In this document: in pieces, positions 41,002-50,878 of the stretch
Numbering within the stretch: position 1 is the first letter of the stretch
Layout: every line of letters starts with the position of its first letter
DNA from: Alphaproteobacteria bacterium
GTDB lineage: Bacteria; Pseudomonadota; Alphaproteobacteria; JAJTHO01; CANGYM01
Direction of reading: 5' to 3'
NCBI GenBank assembly: GCA_947458235.1
Contig: CANGYP010000001.1
Coordinates: forward strand, 1,248 to 65,247
DNA length: 64,000 nucleotides
The notes under the pieces: generated by a model
Told to the model about the DNA's origin: nothing
The model's database searches: none
Seen by the model: the letters and a program-made list of their open reading frames with translations, nothing else
Position numbers and translations under genes: made by a program

Positions 41002-42177
41002 TTATTTAATAATCTTACTCACAACACCAGCACCAACGGTCCGACCACCCTCACGGATAGCAAAACGCAGACCTTCGTCCATAGCAATGGGGCTGATCAG
41101 TTCGATTTCCATTTCCACGTTGTCCCCAGGAATAACCATTTCCTTGCCTTCGGGCAATTTAATGGCACCTGTTACGTCCGTGGTACGGAAGTAAAACTGA
41201 GGGCGGTAGTTGGAGAAAAATGGGGTGTGACGACCACCTTCTTCTTTGCTAAGGATATAGCACTCACACTTAAAGGTGGTGTGGGGGGTAATGCTACCAG
41301 GCTTGGCCAGAACCTGACCACGCTCAACATCTTCCCGCTTGGTACCGCGAAGCAGAACACCCACGTTATCCCCAGCTTGACCTTGGTCAAGAAGCTTGCG
41401 GAACATTTCAACACCAGTAACGGTTGTTTTCTGGGTTTTGCTGATACCCACAATCTCAACTTCTTCACCCACCTTGACCACACCAGATTCAACACGGCCT
41501 GTCACCACAGTTCCACGACCAGAGATGGAGAACACATCCTCAATAGGCATCAAGAAGGGCTTGTCGATGGGACGAGAGGGGGTTGGAATGGCTTTGTCTA
41601 CAGCCGCCAGCAAATCACGGACTTTGTTTTCGCCGATTTCGGGGTTGCGACCTTCAAGGGCAGCCAAAGCAGAACCAGAAACGATGGGGATATTGTCGCC
41701 ATCAAAGCCATATTTGCTGAGTAATTCGCGGATTTCCATTTCCACCAGCTCAAGCAATTCAGGGTCATCCACCTGATCCACTTTGTTCAAAAAAACCACC
41801 AAGGCAGGAACACCCACCTGACGGGCCAGCAAGATGTGCTCCCGCGTTTGGGGCATGGGTCCATCGGCAGCGTTTACCACCAGAATCGCACCATCCATCT
41901 GTGCCGCACCTGTGATCATGTTTTTCACGTAATCCGCGTGTCCAGGACAATCCACATGGGCGTAGTGACGCTCGGCGGTTTCGTATTCCACGTGGGCGGT
42001 GTTAATCGTGATCCCACGGGCTTTTTCTTCGGGGGCCGCGTCAATCTGGGAGTAATCTCTGAACTCCCCGAAGTACTTTGTGATGGCCGCCGTCAGCGTC
42101 GTTTTTCCATGGTCAACGTGACCGATGGTGCCGATGTTAACGTGGGGTTTCGTCCGTTCAAATTTTGCTTTTGCCAT
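41002..42177 (-). CDS. tuf: Elongation factor Tu
   Basis: [13 protein letters not shown]...[26 protein letters not shown]. Confidence 0.95.
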   Translation of the reverse strand: MAKAKFERTKPHVNIGTIGHVDHGKTTLTAAITKYFGEFRDYSQIDAAPEEKARGITINTAHVEYETAERHYAHVDCPGHADYVKNMITGAAQMDGAILVVNAADGPMPQTREHILLARQVGVPALVVFLNKVDQVDDPELLELVEMEIRELLSKYGFDGDNIPIVSGSALAALEGRNPEIGENKVRDLLAAVDKAIPTPSRPIDKPFLMPIEDVFSISGRGTVVTGRVESGVVKVGEEVEIVGISKTQKTTVTGVEMFRKLLDQGQAGDNVGVLLRGTKREDVERGQVLAKPGSITPHTTFKCECYILSKEEGGRHTPFFSNYRPQFYFRTTDVTGAIKLPEGKEMVIPGDNVEMEIELISPIAMDEGLRFAIREGGRTVGAGVVSKIIK

Positions 42178-42202
42178 GGTTTTTCCTACCTTTAGTTAGT
42201 CA

Positions 42203-44278
42203 TTAAGAATGTTTTGCTGCGATCTCTTCAGCGATCGCGTGGGGGACGGGCTCGTAATGATGAAAGACCATGGTGAATTGGGCACGGCCTTGGCTCATTG
42301 AGCGAAGGGTATTAACATATCCAAACATGTTTGACAAGGGGACCATCGCATTTATCACGCGGGCATTGCCCCGTTGATCCATGCCAGAAATTTGACCCCG
42401 ACGGGAATTCAGATCGCCGATGATATCCCCCATATAATCTTCGGGGGTTACCACCTCAACATTCATGATAGGCTCAAGGATTTGGCTTCCCGCTTTTCTC
42501 ATGCCCTCACGAAAGGCCGCACGAGCGGCAATTTCAAAAGCAAGCGTTGAGGAGTCCACATCGTGATAAGCCCCCTCTGTCAAAGTCACCTTGAAATCCA
42601 CTACGGGAAAGCCTGCGAGGGCCCCTGTGTCCTTGGCAGACATCAAGCCCTTTTCAACCCCCGGGATATATTCCTTGGGAATGGATCCCCCCACAACTTT
42701 GTTGACGAATTCATAGCCTCCACTGCGCTCCAGTGGCTCGAACGTCATAATGACACGGGCGAACTGTCCAGCACCACCAGATTGCTTCTTGTGGGTGTAG
42801 TCGATCTCAATTTTCTTGGAAATGGTCTCACGATAAGCCACCTGCGGGGCACCCACGTTGGCCTCCACTTTGAACTCGCGCTTCATGCGGTCAACGATGA
42901 TTTCCAAGTGAAGCTCTCCCATCCCCTTAATGACAGTCTGGCCAGATTCATGGTCAACAGAGACACGGAAGGAAGGGTCCTCGGTAGCCAAACGACCCAA
43001 AGCTACGGACATCTTTTCCTGATCGGCTTTGGTTTTGGGCTCAACAGCCACTTCGATCACAGGCTCGGGGAATTCCATGCGTTCAAGAACAATGGGATGT
43101 TTTTGATCGCAAAGGGTATCCCCCGTGGTGGTATCTTTCATGCCCACCAAGGCGATGATATCACCCGTATAGGCCTCTTTGATTTCCTCACGGGAATTGG
43201 CGTGCATCAGCAACATACGGCCGATACGCTCTCTCTTACCCTTTGTTGTGTTTTCAACATAAGAACCTGATTCAACTTTTCCAGAGTATACGCGCACAAA
43301 GGTCAAAGAGCCCACAAAAGGGTCCGTCATGATCTTAAACGCCAAACCAGAAAACGGTTCTGTGTCTGAGGGTTTACGCGAATCCGCATCATCTGAATCG
43401 GGCTTAAGACCTGCCGTGTCGCCAATATCCAAAGGAGAGGGCAAATAATACGTCACTGCATCCAACAGGGGCTGAACACCCTTATTTTTAAAAGCCGACC
43501 CACACAAAACGGGAACAAAGGCGCTCTTGATGGTACCGCGACGAATACAGGCCCGCAGAACATCGATAGATGGCTCTTCGCCAGCCAGATATTTCTCCAT
43601 GGCATCGTCGTCTTGTTCAACAGCCAGCTCAATCATTTTTTCCCGATATTCGGCGGCTTTGTCTTTATAGGCGGCGGAAATAGGACGCTCTTCAAATTTG
43701 GCCCCCAAGCTTTCTTCCAACCAGTGAATTTCAACATTTTTAATCAGGTCAACAACCCCAACAAAATCAGACTCAACCCCAATGGGCAACTGAACAACCA
43801 AGGGGACAGCCCCCAAGCGGTCCACCATCATATCGACACAGCGGAAAAAGTCTGCACCGATACGATCCATTTTATTGACAAAACACATCCGCGGCACGTT
43901 GTACTTATCGGCTTGCCGCCATACGGTTTCGGATTGGGGTTCAACACCCGCCACACTGTCAAAAACAGCCACAGCACCGTCCAGAACCCGCAGAGAACGC
44001 TCAACTTCAATGGTGAAATCCACGTGGCCGGGTGTGTCAATGATGTTAATGCGGTGGCCAGCCCAGTAACAGGTTGTGGCGGCGGAGGTGATGGTGATCC
44101 CACGCTCTTGCTCTTGCTCCATCCAGTCCATGGTAGCGTTGCCCTCGTGGACTTCACCGATGTTGTGCTGACGCCCTGTGTAAAATAAAATGCGTTCTGT
44201 TGTGGTGGTTTTCCCAGCATCAATGTGGGCCATGATGCCGATGTTGCGATACTGATCCAAAGGAGTTTGACGAGACAT
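42203..44278 (-). CDS. fusA: Elongation factor G
   Basis: [21 protein letters not shown]...[22 protein letters not shown]. 691 aa. Confidence 0.95.
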   Translation of the reverse strand: MSRQTPLDQYRNIGIMAHIDAGKTTTTERILFYTGRQHNIGEVHEGNATMDWMEQEQERGITITSAATTCYWAGHRINIIDTPGHVDFTIEVERSLRVLDGAVAVFDSVAGVEPQSETVWRQADKYNVPRMCFVNKMDRIGADFFRCVDMMVDRLGAVPLVVQLPIGVESDFVGVVDLIKNVEIHWLEESLGAKFEERPISAAYKDKAAEYREKMIELAVEQDDDAMEKYLAGEEPSIDVLRACIRRGTIKSAFVPVLCGSAFKNKGVQPLLDAVTYYLPSPLDIGDTAGLKPDSDDADSRKPSDTEPFSGLAFKIMTDPFVGSLTFVRVYSGKVESGSYVENTTKGKRERIGRMLLMHANSREEIKEAYTGDIIALVGMKDTTTGDTLCDQKHPIVLERMEFPEPVIEVAVEPKTKADQEKMSVALGRLATEDPSFRVSVDHESGQTVIKGMGELHLEIIVDRMKREFKVEANVGAPQVAYRETISKKIEIDYTHKKQSGGAGQFARVIMTFEPLERSGGYEFVNKVVGGSIPKEYIPGVEKGLMSAKDTGALAGFPVVDFKVTLTEGAYHDVDSSTLAFEIAARAAFREGMRKAGSQILEPIMNVEVVTPEDYMGDIIGDLNSRRGQISGMDQRGNARVINAMVPLSNMFGYVNTLRSMSQGRAQFTMVFHHYEPVPHAIAEEIAAKHS

Positions 44279-44373
44279 ACCAGAACACTAAAATCCATAA
44301 ACGATAAAGTCGTTCCTATGTAACGCTTATACTGGCGATTGCAAGTCTTTTTTTGTCTTTGTTATTGCCAGCA

Positions 44374-46263
44374 TCACGCCTTGGTGGCGACCACTCTCGC
44401 TTTGGGCAAGAATAAAGAGACCGTAGTGCCACGACCTTCCGCGCTTTGAATGTGCAGCTTACCCTGATGCATGTCCATAAGTTTTTGCACCAAGGGTAGG
44501 CCCAACCCCGTGCCTTCGTGCCGGCGGGCATAGGAATTATCAATTTGGGTGAACGGTTTCAGGGCTTTGTCTATGTCCTCTCCCCGCATGCCCACCCCAG
44601 TGTCAGTGCACGCAATCATCACGGGGAAATCATTTTCTGGATCATAGTGACAGGACAAAGTCACAGTACCTTTTTCATGGGTAAATTTTACGGCGTTAGA
44701 GAGAACATTCATCACCACCTGTTTCAAGGCCCGTTCATCGCCATAAATAATGGGCAGGGTGCCTGATATATCCTCAATTAACGAGATTTTTCCAGCCTCG
44801 GGCCGACCCCGAACAATCCTGATGGCAGATTTCAGAACGTTTTCTAGATTCATTTTGGATTCATATAAATGAAATTGACCAGCCTCAATTTTTGAGAGAT
44901 CCAAAATATCATTGATAATGCTTAGCAAATGATCCCCGCTTTCTTTAATGTCCAGCGTGTATTCCAAATACTTGTCATGCCCCATGGGGCCAAAGGTTTG
45001 GCTGTGCATGATGCTGGAAAACCCGATGATGGCATTGAGGGGGGTGCGGAGTTCATGGCTCATGTTCGCCAAAAATTCGGATTTTGATCGGCTGGCGGAT
45101 TCGGCTTGTTCTTTGGCCAAAATTAATTCACGTTCTTCTTGGCGGCGCTTGGTCACATCCCGCATAAAAGCACAATTAAACTCTTTATTTTTGTAAAATA
45201 AATAGTTTTCCGTAAATTCGATGATTGTTCTATGGCCATCGTTGTTGGCCATAATTTCCTCGGTCGTGCAAGCCCCTTGGGTTTTCAGCAAATTCCAATG
45301 ATCTCGCCATTGATCCAGACTATGAAAATCTCTCAGGCCATGAATGGTGCTGCGGAGCAAGTCCTCTTTGGGGCGATCCATCAATTGGCATGCCGCATCG
45401 TTAACATAGAGAATTTTTCCAAACGCATTGGTCCACATCACACCCTCTGATGCGCGATCCAAAACGAATTGTGTGATGCTCAGGGTTTCTTCGTACTGTT
45501 TGCGCTCGGTAATATCCTGCACAATGCCGTTAATAAACAAATCATCGGCGTTTACCTTAGATCCCATACCCGTTTGCAGGTGGACATAACGCAAATGGTG
45601 ATCCTGTGTTAACAGCGCATGGTCAATGGCCGTATTTTTGTTGTGCATCAAACTATCGTCAAAAAAGCTCTCCACAAGGGCTTTGTCAGCTTTGGGAACA
45701 AGGCGCATGTATTCCTCCAAGCTATAGGGACGCCGCTGGTGGGGATCCAAATCCAAAATGCGCTTGGCTTCTTCGGAAAAATAAAGGTTTTTCAGGGCGC
45801 GATCATAATACCAATACCCCAACTGCGCGATGCGCTGGGCCGTCATCCAGCGGGATTCCCCATCACGGAGTTTTTTTAGATTTTGATAGGCTCGAAAAAT
45901 GTACCGTATGCGATGCTGCAACACAATCCAGTTGATGGGTTTGGTGATAAAATCCGTAGCACCTGCATCGTAGCAAGCGTTGGCCATGTCCATATCCTGC
46001 ATCCCTGTGATCATGATAATGGGCACCTCTTCGCCAGTCCCGCCTTCGGCGCGGATGGCTTGACAGCATTCTATGCCGTTCATCACGGGCATCATAATAT
46101 CTAACAGAATGATAGAGGGATGTACGTTACGAAAGGCGGACAGAGCCTCCTCCCCATTGTCCACCGCAATGCATTTAAATCCCAGTTTTTCTAGAGATTT
46201 ACTCATTAACGCCCGTGACACCTCTTCGTCTTCGGCGATTAAAATCAAATGATCTCGATCCAT
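44374..46263 (-). CDS. Hybrid sensor histidine kinase with N-terminal receiver domain and PAS region (REC-PAS-HisKA-HATPase)
   Basis: REC is LILIAEDEE...ILLDIMMPVMNG...ITKP. H-box LANMSHELRTPLNAI, N-box NAVKFT, G1 DTGVGM and G2 GTGLGL are present. GC is patchily low. Confidence 0.8.
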   Translation of the reverse strand: MDRDHLILIAEDEEVSRALMSKSLEKLGFKCIAVDNGEEALSAFRNVHPSIILLDIMMPVMNGIECCQAIRAEGGTGEEVPIIMITGMQDMDMANACYDAGATDFITKPINWIVLQHRIRYIFRAYQNLKKLRDGESRWMTAQRIAQLGYWYYDRALKNLYFSEEAKRILDLDPHQRRPYSLEEYMRLVPKADKALVESFFDDSLMHNKNTAIDHALLTQDHHLRYVHLQTGMGSKVNADDLFINGIVQDITERKQYEETLSITQFVLDRASEGVMWTNAFGKILYVNDAACQLMDRPKEDLLRSTIHGLRDFHSLDQWRDHWNLLKTQGACTTEEIMANNDGHRTIIEFTENYLFYKNKEFNCAFMRDVTKRRQEERELILAKEQAESASRSKSEFLANMSHELRTPLNAIIGFSSIMHSQTFGPMGHDKYLEYTLDIKESGDHLLSIINDILDLSKIEAGQFHLYESKMNLENVLKSAIRIVRGRPEAGKISLIEDISGTLPIIYGDERALKQVVMNVLSNAVKFTHEKGTVTLSCHYDPENDFPVMIACTDTGVGMRGEDIDKALKPFTQIDNSYARRHEGTGLGLPLVQKLMDMHQGKLHIQSAEGRGTTVSLFLPKARVVATKA

Positions 46264-46426
46264 GGCTGTTCCCCGTCACGACCAAAGATAATCTCAAGTG
46301 GTAAAAAAGACCATAATGCAATATGCAGAAGCGTTGGGAACTCATGCTTTCTCGCTACTCTCCCTCACGCATTGTGAGCAAGAGGTACATTTTTTCACAC
46401 CGATGGCTTTGTTATGCTAAAGAATC

Positions 46427-48730
46427 ATGAGCAACAGGGAAAGGACGGATACCATGACCGATACAATGATGCCTGAGAGGATCACGACCCCCTCAGTGTG
46501 CACGGGATTAAACCCCGAGCAAGCCGCCGCCGTTCAAGCCGTGGATGGACCCGTTTTGGTTCTGGCGGGGGCGGGGACGGGGAAAACCCGCGTTTTAACC
46601 ACACGCTTGGCGCATTTGATTCAGGATTATGGGGTGTTTGCCTCCCGCATTTTGGCCGTGACCTTTACCAACAAGGCCGCCACCGAAATGCGCCACCGCA
46701 TTCATGCCATGGTGGGGGATGCCGTGGGGGGGTTGTGGCTGGGGACTTTTCATGCTCTGTGCGCCCGCATTTTGCGCCAGCACATTGACAAATTGGGGTA
46801 CACGGAAAACTTCACCATTTTGGATACCGATGATCAACTGCGGATTATCAAAGGCCTTCTGAAAGATTACGGACTGGATGAAAAAGCCTGCCCCCCCCGC
46901 ATCGTCAGCAGCGTGATTCAACGCTGGAAAGATCGGGGCTGGCTGCCCGCCGATGTCCCCGTTAGTGAGCATAAAAAAGAGCTGCGCGGCCGCGCTCTGC
47001 GCTTTTATCAGGATTATCAGGCCCGTTTGAAAAGCCTGAATGCCTTGGATTTTGGGGATATGATCCTGCTGTGTCTGGTGTTGTTTCGGGACTTTCCTGA
47101 GGTCCTGCGCCATTACCAACAACAATTCCGCTATATTCTGGTGGATGAGTATCAAGACACCAACGTATCCCAATATCTGTGGCTGCGCTTGCTGGCCCAA
47201 GGGCACGGGAATCTGTGCTGTGTGGGGGATGATGATCAATCCATTTATGGGTGGCGCGGGGCCGAGGTGGACAATATCCTGCGCTTTGACCAAGATTTCC
47301 CTGGGGCCACTGTCATTAAACTGGAGCAAAATTATCGCTCTACCCAAACCATTTTAACCGCCGCATCCCATTTGATTCAAAACAATCAGGGGCGTTTGGG
47401 CAAAACCCTGTGGACGGATGATCAAACGGGGGAAAAAATCGCCGTGCATCACGTCTGGGATTCGGCGGAGGAAGCCCGCCTGCTGGCCAAAACCATCGAA
47501 AAACGCGCTGCAGGGGGCCAGACCTTGGGGCAAATGGCCATGTTGGTGCGGGCCAGTTTTCAAACACGGGAATTGGAAGAAGCCCTGATGAACGCCGCCA
47601 TTCCCTATCAAGTCATTGGGGGCCTGCGATTTTATGATCGGCAGGAAATACGGGATGCCCTCGCCTATTTACGCTTAACCACCCAAATTGACGATGATCT
47701 GGCGCTGGATCGGATTATTAACCTGCCCAAACGGGGCATTGGCTCCACCACCGTGCAAACACTGGCGGCGGAGGCCGAACGTGCGGGCGTATCCATTTAC
47801 CGCCTGCTGCTGGAAAAAAACCAAACAGGGGAATTGCTGGGGCGCGGCGGAAAACCCCTGCAACAGTTTGTTGTGATGATCGAGGGCTGGCGGAATCAAC
47901 TGGCCAGACGCTCCCCCGCCGAAATGATGGCCATGATTCTGGATGAATCCGGCTATACCGCCATGTGGAAAGAGACCAAAACCCCTGACGCCGAAGCCCG
48001 TCTGGACAACCTGAAAGAGTTAATCGCGGCCCTGCATACCTTTGACACCCTCAACAGTTTTCTGGAACATGTCATGCTGGTGGCGGACACCGCCGAAACA
48101 GGGGATGGGGATAAAGTGTCCATCATGACCCTGCACGCCGCCAAGGGTTTAGAATTCGACATGGTGTTTCTGCCCGGGTGGGAGGACGGCATTTTCCCCA
48201 ACCAACGCGCCATTGATGAATCGGGGGACAAGGGGGTGGAGGAAGAGCGTCGTCTGGCCTATGTCGGCCTGACCCGGGCCCGCAAGCAGGCCATGATCAC
48301 CTATGCCAACAGCCGCCGAAAATTCAACACGTGGCAGTACAACCCCCCGTCACGCTTTTTGCAGGAACTGCCCACCGCCCACATTCGCCATCAAAACCAC
48401 AACAAAGCTGCTGGTTCCCCCGCCGCCTTTGGCCAATACGGCGGCGGCCACCATGCCAAAACGCTGGATGTTTGGGACGAATCCCAAGAGGTTATGCCCA
48501 TTCTGCCCACCTACACCGCCTCCCGCGCCCAAGGCATGCGACAGTCCTTTGTGGCCCAAAAACGGCCATCCTTCCCTCAAAATGCGTTTTTTGTGGGCCA
48601 AACTGTATCCCACACCACCTACGGCGAGGGCACCGTCGCCGCTCTGTTGGGACAGGATAAGGTGGAGGTGACATTTGCCGAAGACGGTCTGACCCGCACG
48701 GTTATGGGGAAATGGCTGGAGGGGGGATAA
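46427..48730 (+). CDS. uvrD: ATP-dependent DNA helicase UvrD/Rep family
   Basis: LNPEQAAAVQAVDGPVLVLAGAGTGKTRVLTTR with helicase motifs DEYQDTN and the Q-motif. 767 aa. Confidence 0.88.
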   Translation: MSNRERTDTMTDTMMPERITTPSVCTGLNPEQAAAVQAVDGPVLVLAGAGTGKTRVLTTRLAHLIQDYGVFASRILAVTFTNKAATEMRHRIHAMVGDAVGGLWLGTFHALCARILRQHIDKLGYTENFTILDTDDQLRIIKGLLKDYGLDEKACPPRIVSSVIQRWKDRGWLPADVPVSEHKKELRGRALRFYQDYQARLKSLNALDFGDMILLCLVLFRDFPEVLRHYQQQFRYILVDEYQDTNVSQYLWLRLLAQGHGNLCCVGDDDQSIYGWRGAEVDNILRFDQDFPGATVIKLEQNYRSTQTILTAASHLIQNNQGRLGKTLWTDDQTGEKIAVHHVWDSAEEARLLAKTIEKRAAGGQTLGQMAMLVRASFQTRELEEALMNAAIPYQVIGGLRFYDRQEIRDALAYLRLTTQIDDDLALDRIINLPKRGIGSTTVQTLAAEAERAGVSIYRLLLEKNQTGELLGRGGKPLQQFVVMIEGWRNQLARRSPAEMMAMILDESGYTAMWKETKTPDAEARLDNLKELIAALHTFDTLNSFLEHVMLVADTAETGDGDKVSIMTLHAAKGLEFDMVFLPGWEDGIFPNQRAIDESGDKGVEEERRLAYVGLTRARKQAMITYANSRRKFNTWQYNPPSRFLQELPTAHIRHQNHNKAAGSPAAFGQYGGGHHAKTLDVWDESQEVMPILPTYTASRAQGMRQSFVAQKRPSFPQNAFFVGQTVSHTTYGEGTVAALLGQDKVEVTFAEDGLTRTVMGKWLEGG

Positions 48731-48904
48731 AGGATGATCCATGCCCGAAGCATAAGGGTCGCAGGGCCGCATCGACAATCTGCCCCTTGTACGCCACCAA
48801 CACACGCCTCCGTGATTGGGACATGGGCACAACACACATATCCCTCTTCTCTCACCTAGGGATTTATGAGATAATACACCCTGATGATTTTTCAGGAATA
48901 AGCC

Positions 48905-50440
48905 ATGAATGATACCCTTGTGATTTTTGATACAACGCTCAGGGATGGGGAACAATCGCCTGGGGCGTCTATGACCTTGGGGGAAAAGATGCGTATTGCG
49001 CTATCCTTAGAGGCCATGGGGGTGGATATTATCGAAGCTGGCTTTCCCGCTGCCAGTGCTGGCGATTTCGAGGCCGTGTCCACCATCGCCCAAAGCCTGA
49101 AAACCAGCCGCGTTGCCGGTCTGGCACGGGCCAGACCGTCGGACATTGAATCCGCAGGAGCGGCCCTGCGCGGGGCCACCTGTCCCACACGAATTCATAC
49201 CTTTTTGGCCACCAGCCCCCTGCATATGAAACACAAATTAAACATGACCCCCGATCAGGTGTTATCGGCCATCACGGCCAGTGTGACGCTGGCGCGGTCC
49301 TTGGTGGAGGATGTGGAATGGTCCGCCGAGGATGCCGTCCGCAGCGAGCGTGATTTTTTGTTCCGCGCTGTGGAAACTGCCATTAAAGCTGGCGCCCGCA
49401 CCATCAACATCCCCGATACTGTGGGGTATGCCATGCCGATGGAGTATGGGGATCTCATCGCGGCCATCAAAAACACGGTGCCCAACATCGATCTGGCGGT
49501 GATCTCCACCCATTGTCACAACGATTTGGGGCTGGCGGTGGCCAACAGTCTGGCTGGTGTTCAAAACGGGGCGCGGCAGGTGGAATGCACCATCAACGGT
49601 CTGGGCGAGCGAGCGGGCAATGCGGCAATGGAAGAAATTGTCATGGCCATCAAAACCCGCCCTGACATTCTGCCCTATCGCACCAACATTGACACCACTC
49701 ATATTATGGGGGTTTCCCGCTTGGTGTCTGGTGTTACGGGGTTTCTGGTGCAACCCAACAAGGCCATTGTGGGGGCCAACGCCTTTGCCCATGAATCGGG
49801 CATTCATCAGGATGGGATGCTGAAACATGCCCAAACCTATGAAATTATGACGCCAGAATCTGTGGGATTGTCGCGGTCATCTCTGGTCATGGGGAAACAT
49901 TCGGGACGGGCGGCCTTGCGGGATAAGCTTACCGCGCTGGGCTACCGGTTGTCGGATGAGGAACTGACGGAGGCTTTCACCCGCTTTAAAGCCATTGCCG
50001 ATAAGAAAAAACAGATTTTCGACGAAGACCTGATGGCTCTGGTGGATACCCAGATGGGGCAGGCGGATGAGGCCATTCGTTTACAGAGTCTGCACGTTAC
50101 CTGCGGCACCACGGATCGTCCTGATGTGCGTTTGGCCCTGTCCATCAACGGCCACATTCGGGAAACCCAGAGCACAGGCACGGGCCCCGTGGATGCTACC
50201 TTTCGGGCCATTGGGCAACTGGTACCGCATCAAGCGATCCTGCAACTGTATCAGGTTCACGCCGTCACTCAAGGTACCGATGCACAGGCTGAAGTCACCG
50301 TACGCCTAGAACACAACGGCACCACCGCCCATGGATCTGGGGCCAACATCGACACGCTGGCGGCCAGTGCCGAGGCCTATTTGCAGGCCCTGAACAAACT
50401 GCAGGCCAAAATCCAGCGGATTGGCTGCTTGGCGGGATAG
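48905..50440 (+). CDS. leuA: 2-isopropylmalate synthase
   Basis: IFDTTLRDGEQSPGASM, HCHNDLGLAVANSLAGV and a C-terminal LeuA dimerisation/regulatory domain. 511 aa. Confidence 0.88.
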   Translation: MNDTLVIFDTTLRDGEQSPGASMTLGEKMRIALSLEAMGVDIIEAGFPAASAGDFEAVSTIAQSLKTSRVAGLARARPSDIESAGAALRGATCPTRIHTFLATSPLHMKHKLNMTPDQVLSAITASVTLARSLVEDVEWSAEDAVRSERDFLFRAVETAIKAGARTINIPDTVGYAMPMEYGDLIAAIKNTVPNIDLAVISTHCHNDLGLAVANSLAGVQNGARQVECTINGLGERAGNAAMEEIVMAIKTRPDILPYRTNIDTTHIMGVSRLVSGVTGFLVQPNKAIVGANAFAHESGIHQDGMLKHAQTYEIMTPESVGLSRSSLVMGKHSGRAALRDKLTALGYRLSDEELTEAFTRFKAIADKKKQIFDEDLMALVDTQMGQADEAIRLQSLHVTCGTTDRPDVRLALSINGHIRETQSTGTGPVDATFRAIGQLVPHQAILQLYQVHAVTQGTDAQAEVTVRLEHNGTTAHGSGANIDTLAASAEAYLQALNKLQAKIQRIGCLAG

Positions 50441-50496
50441 GGGGAGATGATGGACTTATCTTTCCTCATTGACGCTCTGACACAGAGGCTCCCAAA

Positions 50497-50814
50497 ATGA
50501 CCCCTCCCGCTGTGGCCTTGTCCCCCGATCAAAAAGCCATTGTGCAGGCCATTTTAACCGAACATTTACCCCCCGAAAGCCAAGTGTGGGTGTTCGGCAG
50601 TCGCAGCACGGGCAAGAATCGTCCCTATTCCGATTTGGATTTGGCCGTGAAGGCTCCGCAGCGGTTGCCTTTGCCCCTGTGCGCTACGCTGGCGAGCGCG
50701 TTTGAAGAGAGCCTTCTGCCCTTTACCGTTGATATTGTGGATATGAACACCGTCAAAGAGCCCATGAAAAGTCATATTGATCAAAATGGTATTCCTTGGA
50801 TAGGGGCAAGTTGA
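50497..50814 (+). CDS. Minimal nucleotidyltransferase (MNT) domain protein, solitary (no HEPN partner adjacent)
   Basis: VWVFGSRSTGKNRPYSDLDLAV is the GS...D.D Pol-beta-type NTase motif. 105 aa. Confidence 0.65.
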   Translation: MTPPAVALSPDQKAIVQAILTEHLPPESQVWVFGSRSTGKNRPYSDLDLAVKAPQRLPLPLCATLASAFEESLLPFTVDIVDMNTVKEPMKSHIDQNGIPWIGAS

Positions 50815-50878
50815 AGCCCAATGGACTCATGGACTTGGGGGCTAGGCGTGGAAAGGGACGTTTTGATCGAACATCACC

